Shown here: positions 55,509 through 63,823 of the stretch, in pieces
How the letters are laid out: every line of letters begins with the position of its first letter
How positions within the stretch are numbered: the stretch's first letter is position 1
NCBI GenBank assembly: GCA_940747215.1
Contig: CALNWS010000019.1
Span: forward strand, 476-64,475
DNA length: 64,000 nucleotides
Direction: 5' to 3'
Origin: an uncultured Paraburkholderia sp.
GTDB taxonomy: Bacteria > Pseudomonadota > Gammaproteobacteria > Burkholderiales > Burkholderiaceae
Position numbers and translations under genes: made by a program
The notes under the pieces: generated by a model
Database searches by the model: none
Told to the model about the DNA's origin: nothing
What the model saw: the letters and a program-made list of their open reading frames with translations, nothing else

Positions 55509-56106
55509 CTAAGTGGAAAGGTCGGTGGACGGAGTCGCGTCAACGGTTAGTTCTAAACCCGCGAGATGCCGACACAGTGTCCTTGGATGGACGCCGTAAT
55601 TCGCGGCGACTTTACGTGCGCTCCATCCGTCGTTCTGCAATTGCATCGCCTCCTGACACTGGATTGATGTGAGCGACGGTTGACGCCCGAGTCGCTTCCC
55701 GCCAAACCGTGCTGCGGCCATGCCTGCGCGTGTGCGTTCGCTGATCAACGTTCGCTCAAATTCGGCAAGCGCGGCCATCAGATGAAAAATCAAGCGTCCG
55801 CCCGATGACGTCGTGTCGATGTTTTCATTCAGTGAGCGATTGAAAGCGAATTTCACGTCTGCCGAGTTGCTCAAGCAATGTGACCAGATGAACGAGCGAA
55901 CGACCTAGACGGTCAAGTCGCCAGACCACAAGTTTTCCATCCGGTTTGAGCCGGCGCAGTGCTCGTTCCAGGCCGGGTCGGGAAGCCTGCGCGCTGGAGA
56001 CTCCATGATCGGTATAAATCCGGACACATCCGGCAAGCTTGAGGGCATTTATCTGTAAAGCTAGGCTCTGCTCTTCGGTAGAAACGGGTGCGTATCCGAT
56101 GATCAA
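55509..56106 (-). pseudogene. Small serine recombinase (resolvase/invertase family), disrupted
   Basis: MIIGYAPVSTEEQSLALQINALKLAGCVRIYTDHGVS...VVWRLDRLGRSLVHLVTLLEQLGRREIRFQSLTE is followed by a TGA created by a 4-bp tandem duplication (TGAA TGAA; plus-strand TTCATTCA at 55824-55831). It continues NIDTTSSGGRLIFHLMAALAEFERTLISERTRAG... plus a C-terminal HTH (SARKVAANYGVHPRTLCRHL). It also has Pro in place of the conserved Arg in GYARVS. Confidence 0.8.
55824..55831 (-). repeat. 4-bp tandem duplication (TGAA x2 on the coding strand) causing the frameshift and stop in recombinase 1
   Basis: Read directly. Removing one TGAA restores ...SLTENIDTTSSGGR, which parallels ...SITEHIDTHSSGGR in the paralog. 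Confidence 0.85.
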
Positions 56107-56526
56107 GGCACACTCCTTATTTCAAGAAGGTTGCATCAACTTTCAAGGCAAGAGGGCCGGTGATTTGCATGGGAGCGGCGACCCGCGCAACCTGGCGAGT
56201 GGTCCCATGCATAACCGATGAATCTGTGATTTTAATTGCGTCTTCTAAAAAAACGGACGCGTTGCTTCGCCTGATGGTCTGATCAGTGCGCTTTTCGCTT
56301 ATTTTTTTCGTATCGCAGCTAAGATTGAATAGTTGTCGCATAGCACACATCGTGTGCGTTGGCGGACGCCTGTGTTCCGCCTGGCTCCCGTCTCGTGACG
56401 GGATCTAACTAGAGGACGGCGGTGCGACGATGATGCTCGTCAGAGCACCCGTGCCTAACATTCATGTCACGCGCTGGTTGACCTTTTAGGGTCGTCGAAG
56501 CGCGCGCTCGTTCGTCAACGCCGCAT

Positions 56527-57150
56527 TCACGGAACGTCCTTGGTTGTTGACCGCGCTTCATGCTTGAGCTCATTCAGACGGGTCAATCCGCGAAGCAGCG
56601 TTCGTCGATGGACGCCGTACTCTGCCGCAATCTCCCTGGCGCTCACCGTCCCACTGGTCAATCGATGCTCGGCGTCGCGCAGTTGTACAATGACAATGGA
56701 GAGCAACGGCTGACGACCTCTATCTGGCGCCCGGACACCCGGGCCGCCGCAATACCGGCTTTCGTGCGCTCGCTTTTCGTGCGCTCGCTGATCAGAGTCC
56801 GTTCGAATTCCGCGAGTGCCGCCCATCATATGGAACACGAGGCGCCCACCTGAGGAGTGCGTATCGATATGTTCAGTAATCGAGTGAAAGCCGACCTGCC
56901 TGCGGCCAAGTGTCTCCATCAAACGAACCAGGTGCACCAGTGACCGACCCAGACGGTCAAGCCGCCAGACCACAAGTGTGTCTCCGGCTTTCAATCGTGC
57001 CAGCGCGCGGTCGAGACCAGGCCGTGAACTGACGCTGCCGGATACGCCGTGATCCGTATAAATCTTCTCGCAACCGCTTCGCGTTAAGGCCTGAGTCTGC
57101 AGGTCGACATTCTGATCTCCGGTGGAGACGCGGGCATATCCAATCATCAT
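56527..57150 (-). pseudogene. Second small serine recombinase (paralog of 55509-56106), disrupted
   Basis: MMIGYARVSTGDQNVDLQTQALTRSGCEKIYTDHGVSGS...VVWRLDRLGRSLVHLVRLMETLGRRQVGFHSITEHIDTHSSGGRLVFHMM is followed by an extra G. AALAEFERTLISERTKSERTKAGIAAARV lies in the +1 frame and includes a 15-bp duplication. It returns to the original frame for ...LRDAEHRLTSGTVSAREIAAEYGVHRRTLLRGL (HTH). Confidence 0.8.
56760..56789 (-). repeat. 15-bp tandem duplication (plus strand TTTCGTGCGCTCGCT x2) inside recombinase 2, encoding SERTK-SERTK
   Basis: Read directly from the sequence. Confidence 0.9.
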
Positions 57151-57261
57151 TTTAAGAACCAACAAAAAGGCAGATGTCGCGTGCACATTCAAGCGTCTGA
57201 GTCCGCAACGGTTGCGGCATGGAGCGCGTGTAATGCCAGCCACACCGTTTATTGACAAAAG

Positions 57262-58045
57262 TGGTCACATCGCAAAGCTGAGAATCGACACGAGCGCCGC
57301 GGCCTCGCGCGGCTCGAAGCCCTGCACGTCGCGCAGCTAGGCACCGACCCACAGCGATTGCATCGCGTAAAAGACACCTTGCGTGACCACCGCGAACGAC
57401 CCCATCTTCCAGAACGCGAGGCTTCGCAGAATCTGCAGCGTGCCCTTGAACTGCGCCGCGATGCTCTCCTAGTCGCGAACGTCGTCTGCGTCGGGCGCAA
57501 TCGTCCACTGCGCAAACGCTACCAGCACCTTGAAAATGCCGAGGCCAACGCACACCGTCCGCCAGCTTTCGAAGCCCAGCATCCACGTGAGCGACGAGCC
57601 GACCACCACGCCGCCGAAGCCGCCCATCGCCATGACGAGACCGTTCATCAGCGGCAGGCGCGCCGCCGCAAAATGCTGCGTCAGCGCCTTGAACGCGCCG
57701 CCGAGACACACGGAGACACCAACGCCGATCAGGAGCCGCCCCACCATCATCGCGCCGACGCCATTCGCCGCGCCGAACACCCAGATGCCGAGCGCCGCGA
57801 ACAGCAACATCGCCGCGGTTACACGGCGCGGGCCGTAGTGGTCGAGCAGAACGCCCGCCGGAATCTGCGCGCCGGCGAAGCCGAGAAAATAGAGACTCGT
57901 CAGCAAACCGAGATCGGCGGCCGACAAACCTAGGTCGTGCGTGATGAACGGCGCGAAGCCGAGATTCACGCCTCTAAAGGAAGAGATACGAGACGAAATA
58001 GCACGCCGAAAACAGCAGGAATACACGCAGTTGGGTGGGCGACAT
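57262..58045 (-). pseudogene. MFS transporter, 3'-truncated with a frameshift and two in-frame TAG codons
   Basis: ATG 58045: MSPTQLRVFLLFSACYFVSYLF, then a frameshift. Then RGVNLGFAPFITHDLGLSAADLGLLTSLYFLGFAGAQIPAGVLLDHYGPRR (MFS motif A region) ...APDADDVRD, then TAG (57469-71). Then ESIAAQFKGTLQILRSLAFWKMGSFAVVTQGVFYAMQSLWVGA, then TAG (57337-39, a Trp position). Then LRDVQGFEPREAAALVSILSFAM. The homology ends near 57262, with only about 6 of 12 TM segments present. Confidence 0.7.
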
Positions 58046-58170
58046 ACGCTTTCTGATGGAGAGCTGCTCAGGTCAAGGCCAAGGTCCACACGATAAAGGA
58101 AATGCACTAGGCTTGCGCATGAACCCTTCTCGCAAACAACGGTGCTGCGAGACAAAACGAACGCACCAAT

Positions 58171-58202
58171 GAAAAACGCCGTCACCCTGAGGTGACGGCG
58201 TT
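58171..58202 (-). terminator. Rho-independent terminator downstream of mltD
   Basis: On the minus strand: AACGCCGTCACC-tcag-GGTGACGGCGTT followed by TTTTTC. It lies about 87 nt after the mltD stop. Confidence 0.72.
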
Positions 58203-58288
58203 GAAGAAACACGGTGCGTGACCGGAGCGCAATTCATGCGCTGCCCCCGCAGCGCATGGGGTCACTACCGTGGAAAGTCGCTTTTGGT

Positions 58289-59986
58289 CTACTTACCCTT
58301 CTTCGCGTTGGCTGCGGTCTTCGGGCGGCCTTCAGCCGCAGCCTTCAACGCCTTGCCGGACGTGGATGCTACCACCTTCGTCACTTTGCCTTTGCTGGCA
58401 GTCGACGCAGTCGGCTTGCTGATCTTGCCCACCGGTTCCGCTACCTTGACAACCGGCGAGTGGCCACGACCCTTTTTCTTATCGTAGCGCGATTCGCTGC
58501 GCGTGTCCGCTACGCGGGTACCGACGATCTTCTGGACGCCGCCGCCTTGCACGTCGGTGGCGAGGCGCTCCGGACCCGGCTCGCTCGGCATGGCTTTGCC
58601 GACCGGCACGTGCAGCACGACCACCTGACCGCGCGAAACCTGATCGTGGCACGTACGGTTCCAGGCCTTCAACTGACCGACCGACACGCCGTAGCGCCCG
58701 GCGATCGCTGCCATGGACTGATTGCGGCGCACGCGAATCAGCATCTTGCGGGTGTCGGGGACGTCTGGCTCCATGGCCAGCACCGCGCTTTCGGCGACGT
58801 CGGCGCTGATGTCCTCGTCGTCGTCCGAACCGCGCGGCACGACGATCGTGGAACCCGGCTTCAGAAGCATGCCGACCGGAATCTTGTTCACTTCCATCAG
58901 CGTGTCGGCGTCCACGCCGATTTTCTGCGCGATTGCCGCGGGCGTGGCGCGCTGGTCGACCGTGTACGTGGTCCACGACGACAGCGAACCCGAATACGCC
59001 TTCAGGTTGCGCTCGAACGCGCTGGCGTTGTCGAACGGAAGCAGGATCTGCGGCTGCGTGGCGCCGAGAATCACCGGTTTGCGGAACGACGGGTTCAGCG
59101 AACGGAACTCCTCGGTCGAGAGGTTCGCGAGCTTGGTCGCCATGTCCACGTCGATGTCGTGCGACATGGTGACCGTGACGAAGTACGGGTGATTCGGAAT
59201 GGTGGGCAGCGTGAGCCCGTACATTTGCGGGTTCATCACGATGTTCTTCACCGCCTGCAGCTTCGGCACGTAGTTGCGCGTCTCGTTCGGCATGCGCAGG
59301 CTGAGGTAATCGGTCGGCAGCCCGGCAGCTTCGTTACGCGCGATCGCGCGCTGCACATTGCCCTCGCCCCAGTTGTATGCGGCGAGCGCGAGCTGCCAGT
59401 CGCCGAACATGTCGTGCAGACGCAAGAGGTAATCGAGCGCGGCACTGGTGGAAGCCAACACATCGCGGCGCTCATCCTGCCACATGTTCTGCTTGAGGTT
59501 GTAGGTGCGGCCCGTGCCCGGCATGAACTGCCACATGCCGGCAGCCTTCGAGACGGACAACGCCTGCGGGCTGTACGCCGATTCGATGAACGGCAGGAGC
59601 GCGAGCTCAGTCGGCATGTTGCGCGCCTCGAGTTCCTCGACGATGTGGTACAGGTACTTCTGCGAGCGCTCGGTCATGCGCTGGACATAGTCCGGACGCT
59701 GCGCGTACCAGTTCACCTGTATGTCGACGAGGTCGGTCTGCAGGTCGGGCATCTGGAAATCACGACGAATACGGCCCCACAGATCGGCGTCGGCACTGGT
59801 CAGTTGCGTGACCGAACCCTGGTCGACGTTGATCGTTTCCTTGGCGGTGGCTGTCTTGCGAAGGGCGTCAGCGACGGCTTGCTGACTGGCGGGATTGGTT
59901 GCGGTGGTGGGGCTATTCGTTGTCGGTCCCTGGCTCGCGCAAGCGGCGAGTGTCAGGACCAGCAACGCACTAAAGATAAATCTCAT
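58289..59986 (-). CDS. mltD: Membrane-bound lytic murein transglycosylase D (lipoprotein with LysM repeats)
   Basis: MRFIFSALLVLTLAACAS (lipobox) ...LPFIESAYSPQALSVSKAAGMWQFMPGTG (SLT catalytic E-S motif) ...AAYNWGEGNV.... Two LysM-like segments (ATPAAIAQKIGVDADTLMEVN; QSMAAIAGRYGVSVGQLKAWN) and a Lys-rich tail. Confidence 0.9.
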   Translation of the reverse strand: MRFIFSALLVLTLAACASQGPTTNSPTTATNPASQQAVADALRKTATAKETINVDQGSVTQLTSADADLWGRIRRDFQMPDLQTDLVDIQVNWYAQRPDYVQRMTERSQKYLYHIVEELEARNMPTELALLPFIESAYSPQALSVSKAAGMWQFMPGTGRTYNLKQNMWQDERRDVLASTSAALDYLLRLHDMFGDWQLALAAYNWGEGNVQRAIARNEAAGLPTDYLSLRMPNETRNYVPKLQAVKNIVMNPQMYGLTLPTIPNHPYFVTVTMSHDIDVDMATKLANLSTEEFRSLNPSFRKPVILGATQPQILLPFDNASAFERNLKAYSGSLSSWTTYTVDQRATPAAIAQKIGVDADTLMEVNKIPVGMLLKPGSTIVVPRGSDDDEDISADVAESAVLAMEPDVPDTRKMLIRVRRNQSMAAIAGRYGVSVGQLKAWNRTCHDQVSRGQVVVLHVPVGKAMPSEPGPERLATDVQGGGVQKIVGTRVADTRSESRYDKKKGRGHSPVVKVAEPVGKISKPTASTASKGKVTKVVASTSGKALKAAAEGRPKTAANAKKGK

Positions 59987-60142
59987 GAACGTCTCGGCTT
60001 CCACAAGGGCTGGAATTTGCAGCCGATAGTACGAAACGGCGACGTTTACGTCAATCGGAAAGTAACGAAAAAATCAAGCAAATCTTAGGATTGGCGAATT
60101 TTTCCGATTTACTGGATGAGCAATGCCCGCAGCATTTTCCGC

Positions 60143-60940
60143 TTAACGGAAGCGGTTTTTCCATTCCCGCATGAGCGTAAAGGCGGCTAAACGGTCAGGC
60201 ACCGCTTCGTGCAATTGCTCGCGCAACGTGGCCTGAACCGCGGCTTCGTCCGCACGCAGGAACGGGTTCACCGCGCGTTCGTGAGCAATCGTGGTGGGCA
60301 GCGTCGGCACGTTGCGCTCGCGCAGTTCGGTGGCCTTGTCGCGCCATGCCTGCAACTCCGCGTTATCCGGCTCGCAGGCAAGCGCGAAGCGGATGTTCGA
60401 GAGCGTGTACTCGTGCGCGCAGTGCACCTCGGTGTTGCCGGGCAGCGCGGCGAGCGCGTCGAGCGAGGCCAGCATCTGCTTCGGCGTGCCTTCGAAGAGC
60501 CGGCCGCAGCCGCAGGCGAAAAGCGTGTCGCCGCAAAAAACGTGGGGCGTGCCTTGCGGGTCGGCCGCCTGAAAATAGGCGATGTGACCGCTCGTGTGAC
60601 CGGGCACGTCGAGCACGCTAAACTCGAGAGCAGGTGCAGCAATTTTCACGTGATCGCCATTTTCGAGACGCTGTGTGAGATACTCGATTGCCTCACCGGC
60701 GGGGCCGTACACGGGCACGGCTTGGCCTTTTAGCAGATCGGCCACCCCACCGACGTGGTCTTGATGGTGGTGCGTGAGTAAAATAGCGCTCAGCCGCCAA
60801 CCCCGTTTCGCGAGATACGCACACACAGGGGCGGCCTCGCCCGGATCGACGGCAACCACGTCCACGTGGTGTCCGTCGGAAACGACCCAGATGTAATTGT
60901 CATCAAACGCCGGGACTGGTACGTACTCGAGCGCATTCAT
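60143..60940 (-). CDS. gloB: Hydroxyacylglutathione hydrolase (glyoxalase II)
   Basis: MNALEYVPVPAFDDNYIWVV...LLTHHHQDHVGG...PGHTSGHIAY...GDTLFACGCGRLFEGT...CAHEYT. Confidence 0.92.
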   Translation of the reverse strand: MNALEYVPVPAFDDNYIWVVSDGHHVDVVAVDPGEAAPVCAYLAKRGWRLSAILLTHHHQDHVGGVADLLKGQAVPVYGPAGEAIEYLTQRLENGDHVKIAAPALEFSVLDVPGHTSGHIAYFQAADPQGTPHVFCGDTLFACGCGRLFEGTPKQMLASLDALAALPGNTEVHCAHEYTLSNIRFALACEPDNAELQAWRDKATELRERNVPTLPTTIAHERAVNPFLRADEAAVQATLREQLHEAVPDRLAAFTLMREWKNRFR

Positions 60941-60959
60941 AGGCGACGCATTCTTTGGT

Positions 60960-61880
60960 ATGACTGACCGAGCGATTATAGACTGGCCCACCTGGACCGA
61001 CTCGCCACCCGGCCGATACGTGCTCGAGTGGGAGCAGACCCAGCTCGACCGCGTGGTGTCCGACGTGTTCGGCTACCACGCGCTGCAGCTCGGCCTGCCT
61101 CAGCTCGACGCCCTGCGTGAAAACCGCATGCCGTGCCGTGGCCTCGTGCTCGACGCGGCGAGCGGCGCGAGCGCGCCCTACGCTTTTCCACGCGCCGGCG
61201 GTAAGGCTGGCAACGGCAATGGAAGGGAAAACGATAACGGACTCGTCGGCAGCGCCGCCGTTGGCCGCGCGCTCAACGGCGGTGCGGCCAACGGCGCTTC
61301 GTCGCCCGCTACCGTTTCCGGTTCGCCCGCACCGGCCGGACGCAGCGCGGTCTGGTGTGATCTGCTCGACCTGCCGTTCGAAGCGCAGAGCGTCGACCTG
61401 ATCGTGATGCCGCACACACTCGAATTCACGAGCGACCCGCACCGTCTGCTGCGCGAAGCCGAACGCATGCTGATGCCGGAAGGTCAGTTGATCATTCTCG
61501 GCTTCAATTCGCTCTCGCTGTGGGGCGCGCGGCAGTCGGTCGGCAAGATGACCGGGCGGCCGTTCGTGCCGTCCGCCGTCGATCTGATCGCCTTCACGCG
61601 TCTGAAAGACTGGATCAAGCTGCTCGGTTTCGACCTTGAACGCGGACGCTTCGGCTGCTATCGTCCGCCGCTCGGCAGCGACCAGTGGCTCTCGCGCTAC
61701 GGCTTCATGGAAGCCGCCGGCGACCGCTGGTGGCCGACCTTCGGCGCGACTTACATGGTCAAGGCGATCAAGCGCGTGCGCAGCATGCGGCTCGTCGGCC
61801 CGCTGAAAGTGAAGAAACCTGTCCTCGCCGCGGGCCTCGCGCCCGCCGCCACTCCGAATACTCGCAACCACACTCAATGA
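60960..61880 (+). CDS. SAM-dependent methyltransferase (YafS-like gene in the gloB-rnhA position) with a low-complexity insertion
   Basis: 306 aa. ...[23 protein letters not shown]..., ...[46 protein letters not shown].... A Gly/Asn/Ala/Ser-rich stretch of about 50 aa ([48 protein letters not shown]) is encoded at about 61190-61340. Confidence 0.78.
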   Translation: MTDRAIIDWPTWTDSPPGRYVLEWEQTQLDRVVSDVFGYHALQLGLPQLDALRENRMPCRGLVLDAASGASAPYAFPRAGGKAGNGNGRENDNGLVGSAAVGRALNGGAANGASSPATVSGSPAPAGRSAVWCDLLDLPFEAQSVDLIVMPHTLEFTSDPHRLLREAERMLMPEGQLIILGFNSLSLWGARQSVGKMTGRPFVPSAVDLIAFTRLKDWIKLLGFDLERGRFGCYRPPLGSDQWLSRYGFMEAAGDRWWPTFGATYMVKAIKRVRSMRLVGPLKVKKPVLAAGLAPAATPNTRNHTQ

Positions 61881-62323
61881 CCACCGACACCATCGACATT
61901 TACACCGACGGCGCCTGCAAGGGCAATCCCGGCCTAGGCGGCTGGGGCGCGCTGCTGCGCTTCGGCGCCCAGGAAAAGGAACTGTTCGGCGGCGAAGCCA
62001 ACACCACCAACAACCGCATGGAACTGATGGGCGTGATCGCCGCGCTCGAAGCATTGAAGCGCCCCTGCAAGGCCGTCGTGCACACCGACTCGCAATACGT
62101 CCAGAAAGGCATCAGCGAGTGGATTCACGGCTGGAAGAAAAAAGGCTGGATCACGGCGGCCAAACAGCCCGTGAAGAACGCCGATCTGTGGAAGCGGCTC
62201 GACGCGCTCGTCGCCCAGCATCAGATCGAATGGCGCTGGGTGCGCGGGCATAATGGCCACCCGGAAAACGAACGGGCCGACCAGTTGGCCGATCGCGGCG
62301 TCGCGTCGCTCGCGGAAATCTGA
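61877..62323 (+). CDS. rnhA: Ribonuclease HI
   Basis: [22 protein letters not shown]...[16 protein letters not shown]...VHTDSQYV...[20 protein letters not shown]. Confidence 0.93.
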   Translation: MTTDTIDIYTDGACKGNPGLGGWGALLRFGAQEKELFGGEANTTNNRMELMGVIAALEALKRPCKAVVHTDSQYVQKGISEWIHGWKKKGWITAAKQPVKNADLWKRLDALVAQHQIEWRWVRGHNGHPENERADQLADRGVASLAEI

Positions 62324-62434
62324 TGCGAGCGACGTCGCTGCCAGTCGCAATCATGAGCGTGGTGATGCCCGTCAAGCAGAACACGCAAGCACCCTTCACT
62401 TCCGCAGTCATTTTCTGAAGCAGAGTACCCCGAC

Positions 62435-63169
62435 ATGCGTCAACTGATTCTCGACACCGAAACCACCGGCCTGAATGCCCGCACCGGCGACCGCATTCTC
62501 GAACTCGGTTGCGTCGAACTGGTGAACCGCCGGCTTACCGGCAACAACCTGCATTTCTACATCAACCCCGAGCGCGACAGCGATCCGGGCGCGCTCGCCG
62601 TTCACGGCCTGACCACGGAATTTCTGAGCGACAAGCCGAAGTTCGCCGAGATCGCCGACCAGTTTCGCGACTTCATCGAAGGCGCCGACCTGATCATCCA
62701 CAACGCGCCGTTCGACATCGGCTTTCTCGACTCCGAGTTCGCGTTGCTCGGCTTGCCGCCGGTAAGTAACTATTGTGGCGAAATCATCGACACGCTCGCG
62801 CGCGCGAAGCAGATGTTCCCCGGCAAGCGCAATTCGCTCGACGCGCTGTGCGACCGCTTCGGCATCAGCAACGCGCACCGTACGCTGCACGGTGCGCTGC
62901 TCGACTCGGAATTGCTCGCCGAGGTTTATCTGTCGATGACGCGCGGCCAGGAAAGCCTCGTCATCGCCATGCTCGGCGAATCGCATGGCGGCGGCGATGC
63001 GCACGCGCCGCGCGTCGCGCTCGGTTCGCTCGAACTCGTCGTGATTGCCGTGAGCGACGAAGAGAACGCCGCGCATCAGGCGGTGCTAGACGGTCTCGAT
63101 AAGGCGATCAAAGGCACGAGTGTCTGGCGCACGGAACCCGCGCCCGCCGCGGATGAGCAAACCGCTTAA
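62435..63169 (+). CDS. dnaQ: DNA polymerase III epsilon subunit (3'-5' proofreading exonuclease)
   Basis: MRQLILDTETTGL (ExoI) ...IIHNAPFDIGFL (ExoII) ...HGALLDSELLAEVYL (ExoIII). 244 aa, intact. Confidence 0.93.
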   Translation: MRQLILDTETTGLNARTGDRILELGCVELVNRRLTGNNLHFYINPERDSDPGALAVHGLTTEFLSDKPKFAEIADQFRDFIEGADLIIHNAPFDIGFLDSEFALLGLPPVSNYCGEIIDTLARAKQMFPGKRNSLDALCDRFGISNAHRTLHGALLDSELLAEVYLSMTRGQESLVIAMLGESHGGGDAHAPRVALGSLELVVIAVSDEENAAHQAVLDGLDKAIKGTSVWRTEPAPAADEQTA

Positions 63170-63216
63170 AAAGTACTGGACGCCTCGAAAATCCCTGACA
63201 TAATTCGGCTCTCTTC

Positions 63217-63291
63217 GGGTGGTTAGCTCAGCGGTAAAGCACTGCCTTCACACGGCAGGGGTCACTGGTTCGATCCCAGTACTGCCCACCA
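63217..63291 (+). tRNA. tRNA-Val (anticodon CAC)
   Basis: A 75-nt cloverleaf read by hand. Acceptor GGGTGGT/ACTGCCC with two adjacent G-U wobbles. D arm GCTC..AAGC with a C-A mismatch. Anticodon stem CTGCC/GGCAG with loop TTCACAC. T arm ACTGG-TTCGATC-CCAGT. Encoded CCA. Confidence 0.88.
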
Positions 63292-63320
63292 GAATTTTGG
63301 TGTGTCGATCACCGAAGACA

Positions 63321-63360
63321 AAAGGGCTCACGCAGTGATGCGTGAGCCCTTTTCCATTTT
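63321..63360 (+). terminator. Rho-independent terminator after tRNA-Val
   Basis: AAAGGGCTCACGCA-gtga-TGCGTGAGCCCTTT followed by TCCATTTT. Confidence 0.72.
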
Positions 63361-63823
63361 GGCTTCTTCTGTTCCGCGCTGTTCGATCTACGCTGTTTCG
63401 GCCTCGCGTTCAGGCAGGCACACCGACATCGCCGTCAACTGCGAAACTTCGTACAATTGCAGCGGCTATACGCCGCTGATATAGTGGGCGCTCGGGCATT
63501 CGCCCCGTCCATTTTCTCTCCAACTTTTTCGACCTATAGGGAGGCGTCACATGTTCACCATGCACATTGCTTACCTTGGTATGGTCGCGCGATCGATTTT
63601 CCGACCTTGACTTCGCAGTACTAACGTTAGTCACCGCCGTAGCGCGAATGAGCGCCCAGCAAAATCGTCGCTCTAGTGGTCCCGCCTTCAGGGGCGTTCC
63701 ACACAAAATCTCAGGCAGTCCCAGCTCTTCATGTCAGTGCGCTCGTCGCACTGCGTCGATTGTCTGTTCCTCTCGCTTCTGACTGGAACCCCGGTACGTG
63801 CATGCGTCGCCGGGTCATGGCAA

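Noticed and set aside
55140-56530. Small ORFs (60-81 aa) in the AT-rich spacer around the recombinase relics, as possible toxin-antitoxin or defence genes.
   Set aside because: There are no recognisable motifs. The ORFs overlap on both strands, lack RBSs and sit in clearly degenerate mobile DNA. The evidence is insufficient.
58214-60088. A 624-aa ORF on the plus strand, and similar very long ORFs: 45313-47193(-), 26516-28279(-), 38010-39614(+), 17214-18662(-), 20044-21375(-), 21359-22744(-), 35862-37097(+) and 10482-11633(-).
   Set aside because: All lie antisense to genes with clear family motifs (mltD, wbiI-like, the 835-aa protein, GTs, rmlB). Their translations are Arg/Ala/Gly/His-rich low-complexity strings typical of shadow frames in GC-rich DNA. 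No RBS or recognisable motif was seen.
63361-63820. A prophage or integrase next to tRNA-Val.
   Set aside because: No ORF with integrase-like motifs occurs in any frame. The only ORFs are short (60-98 aa) and compositionally odd. At most it is a remnant, reported as a low-interest finding.
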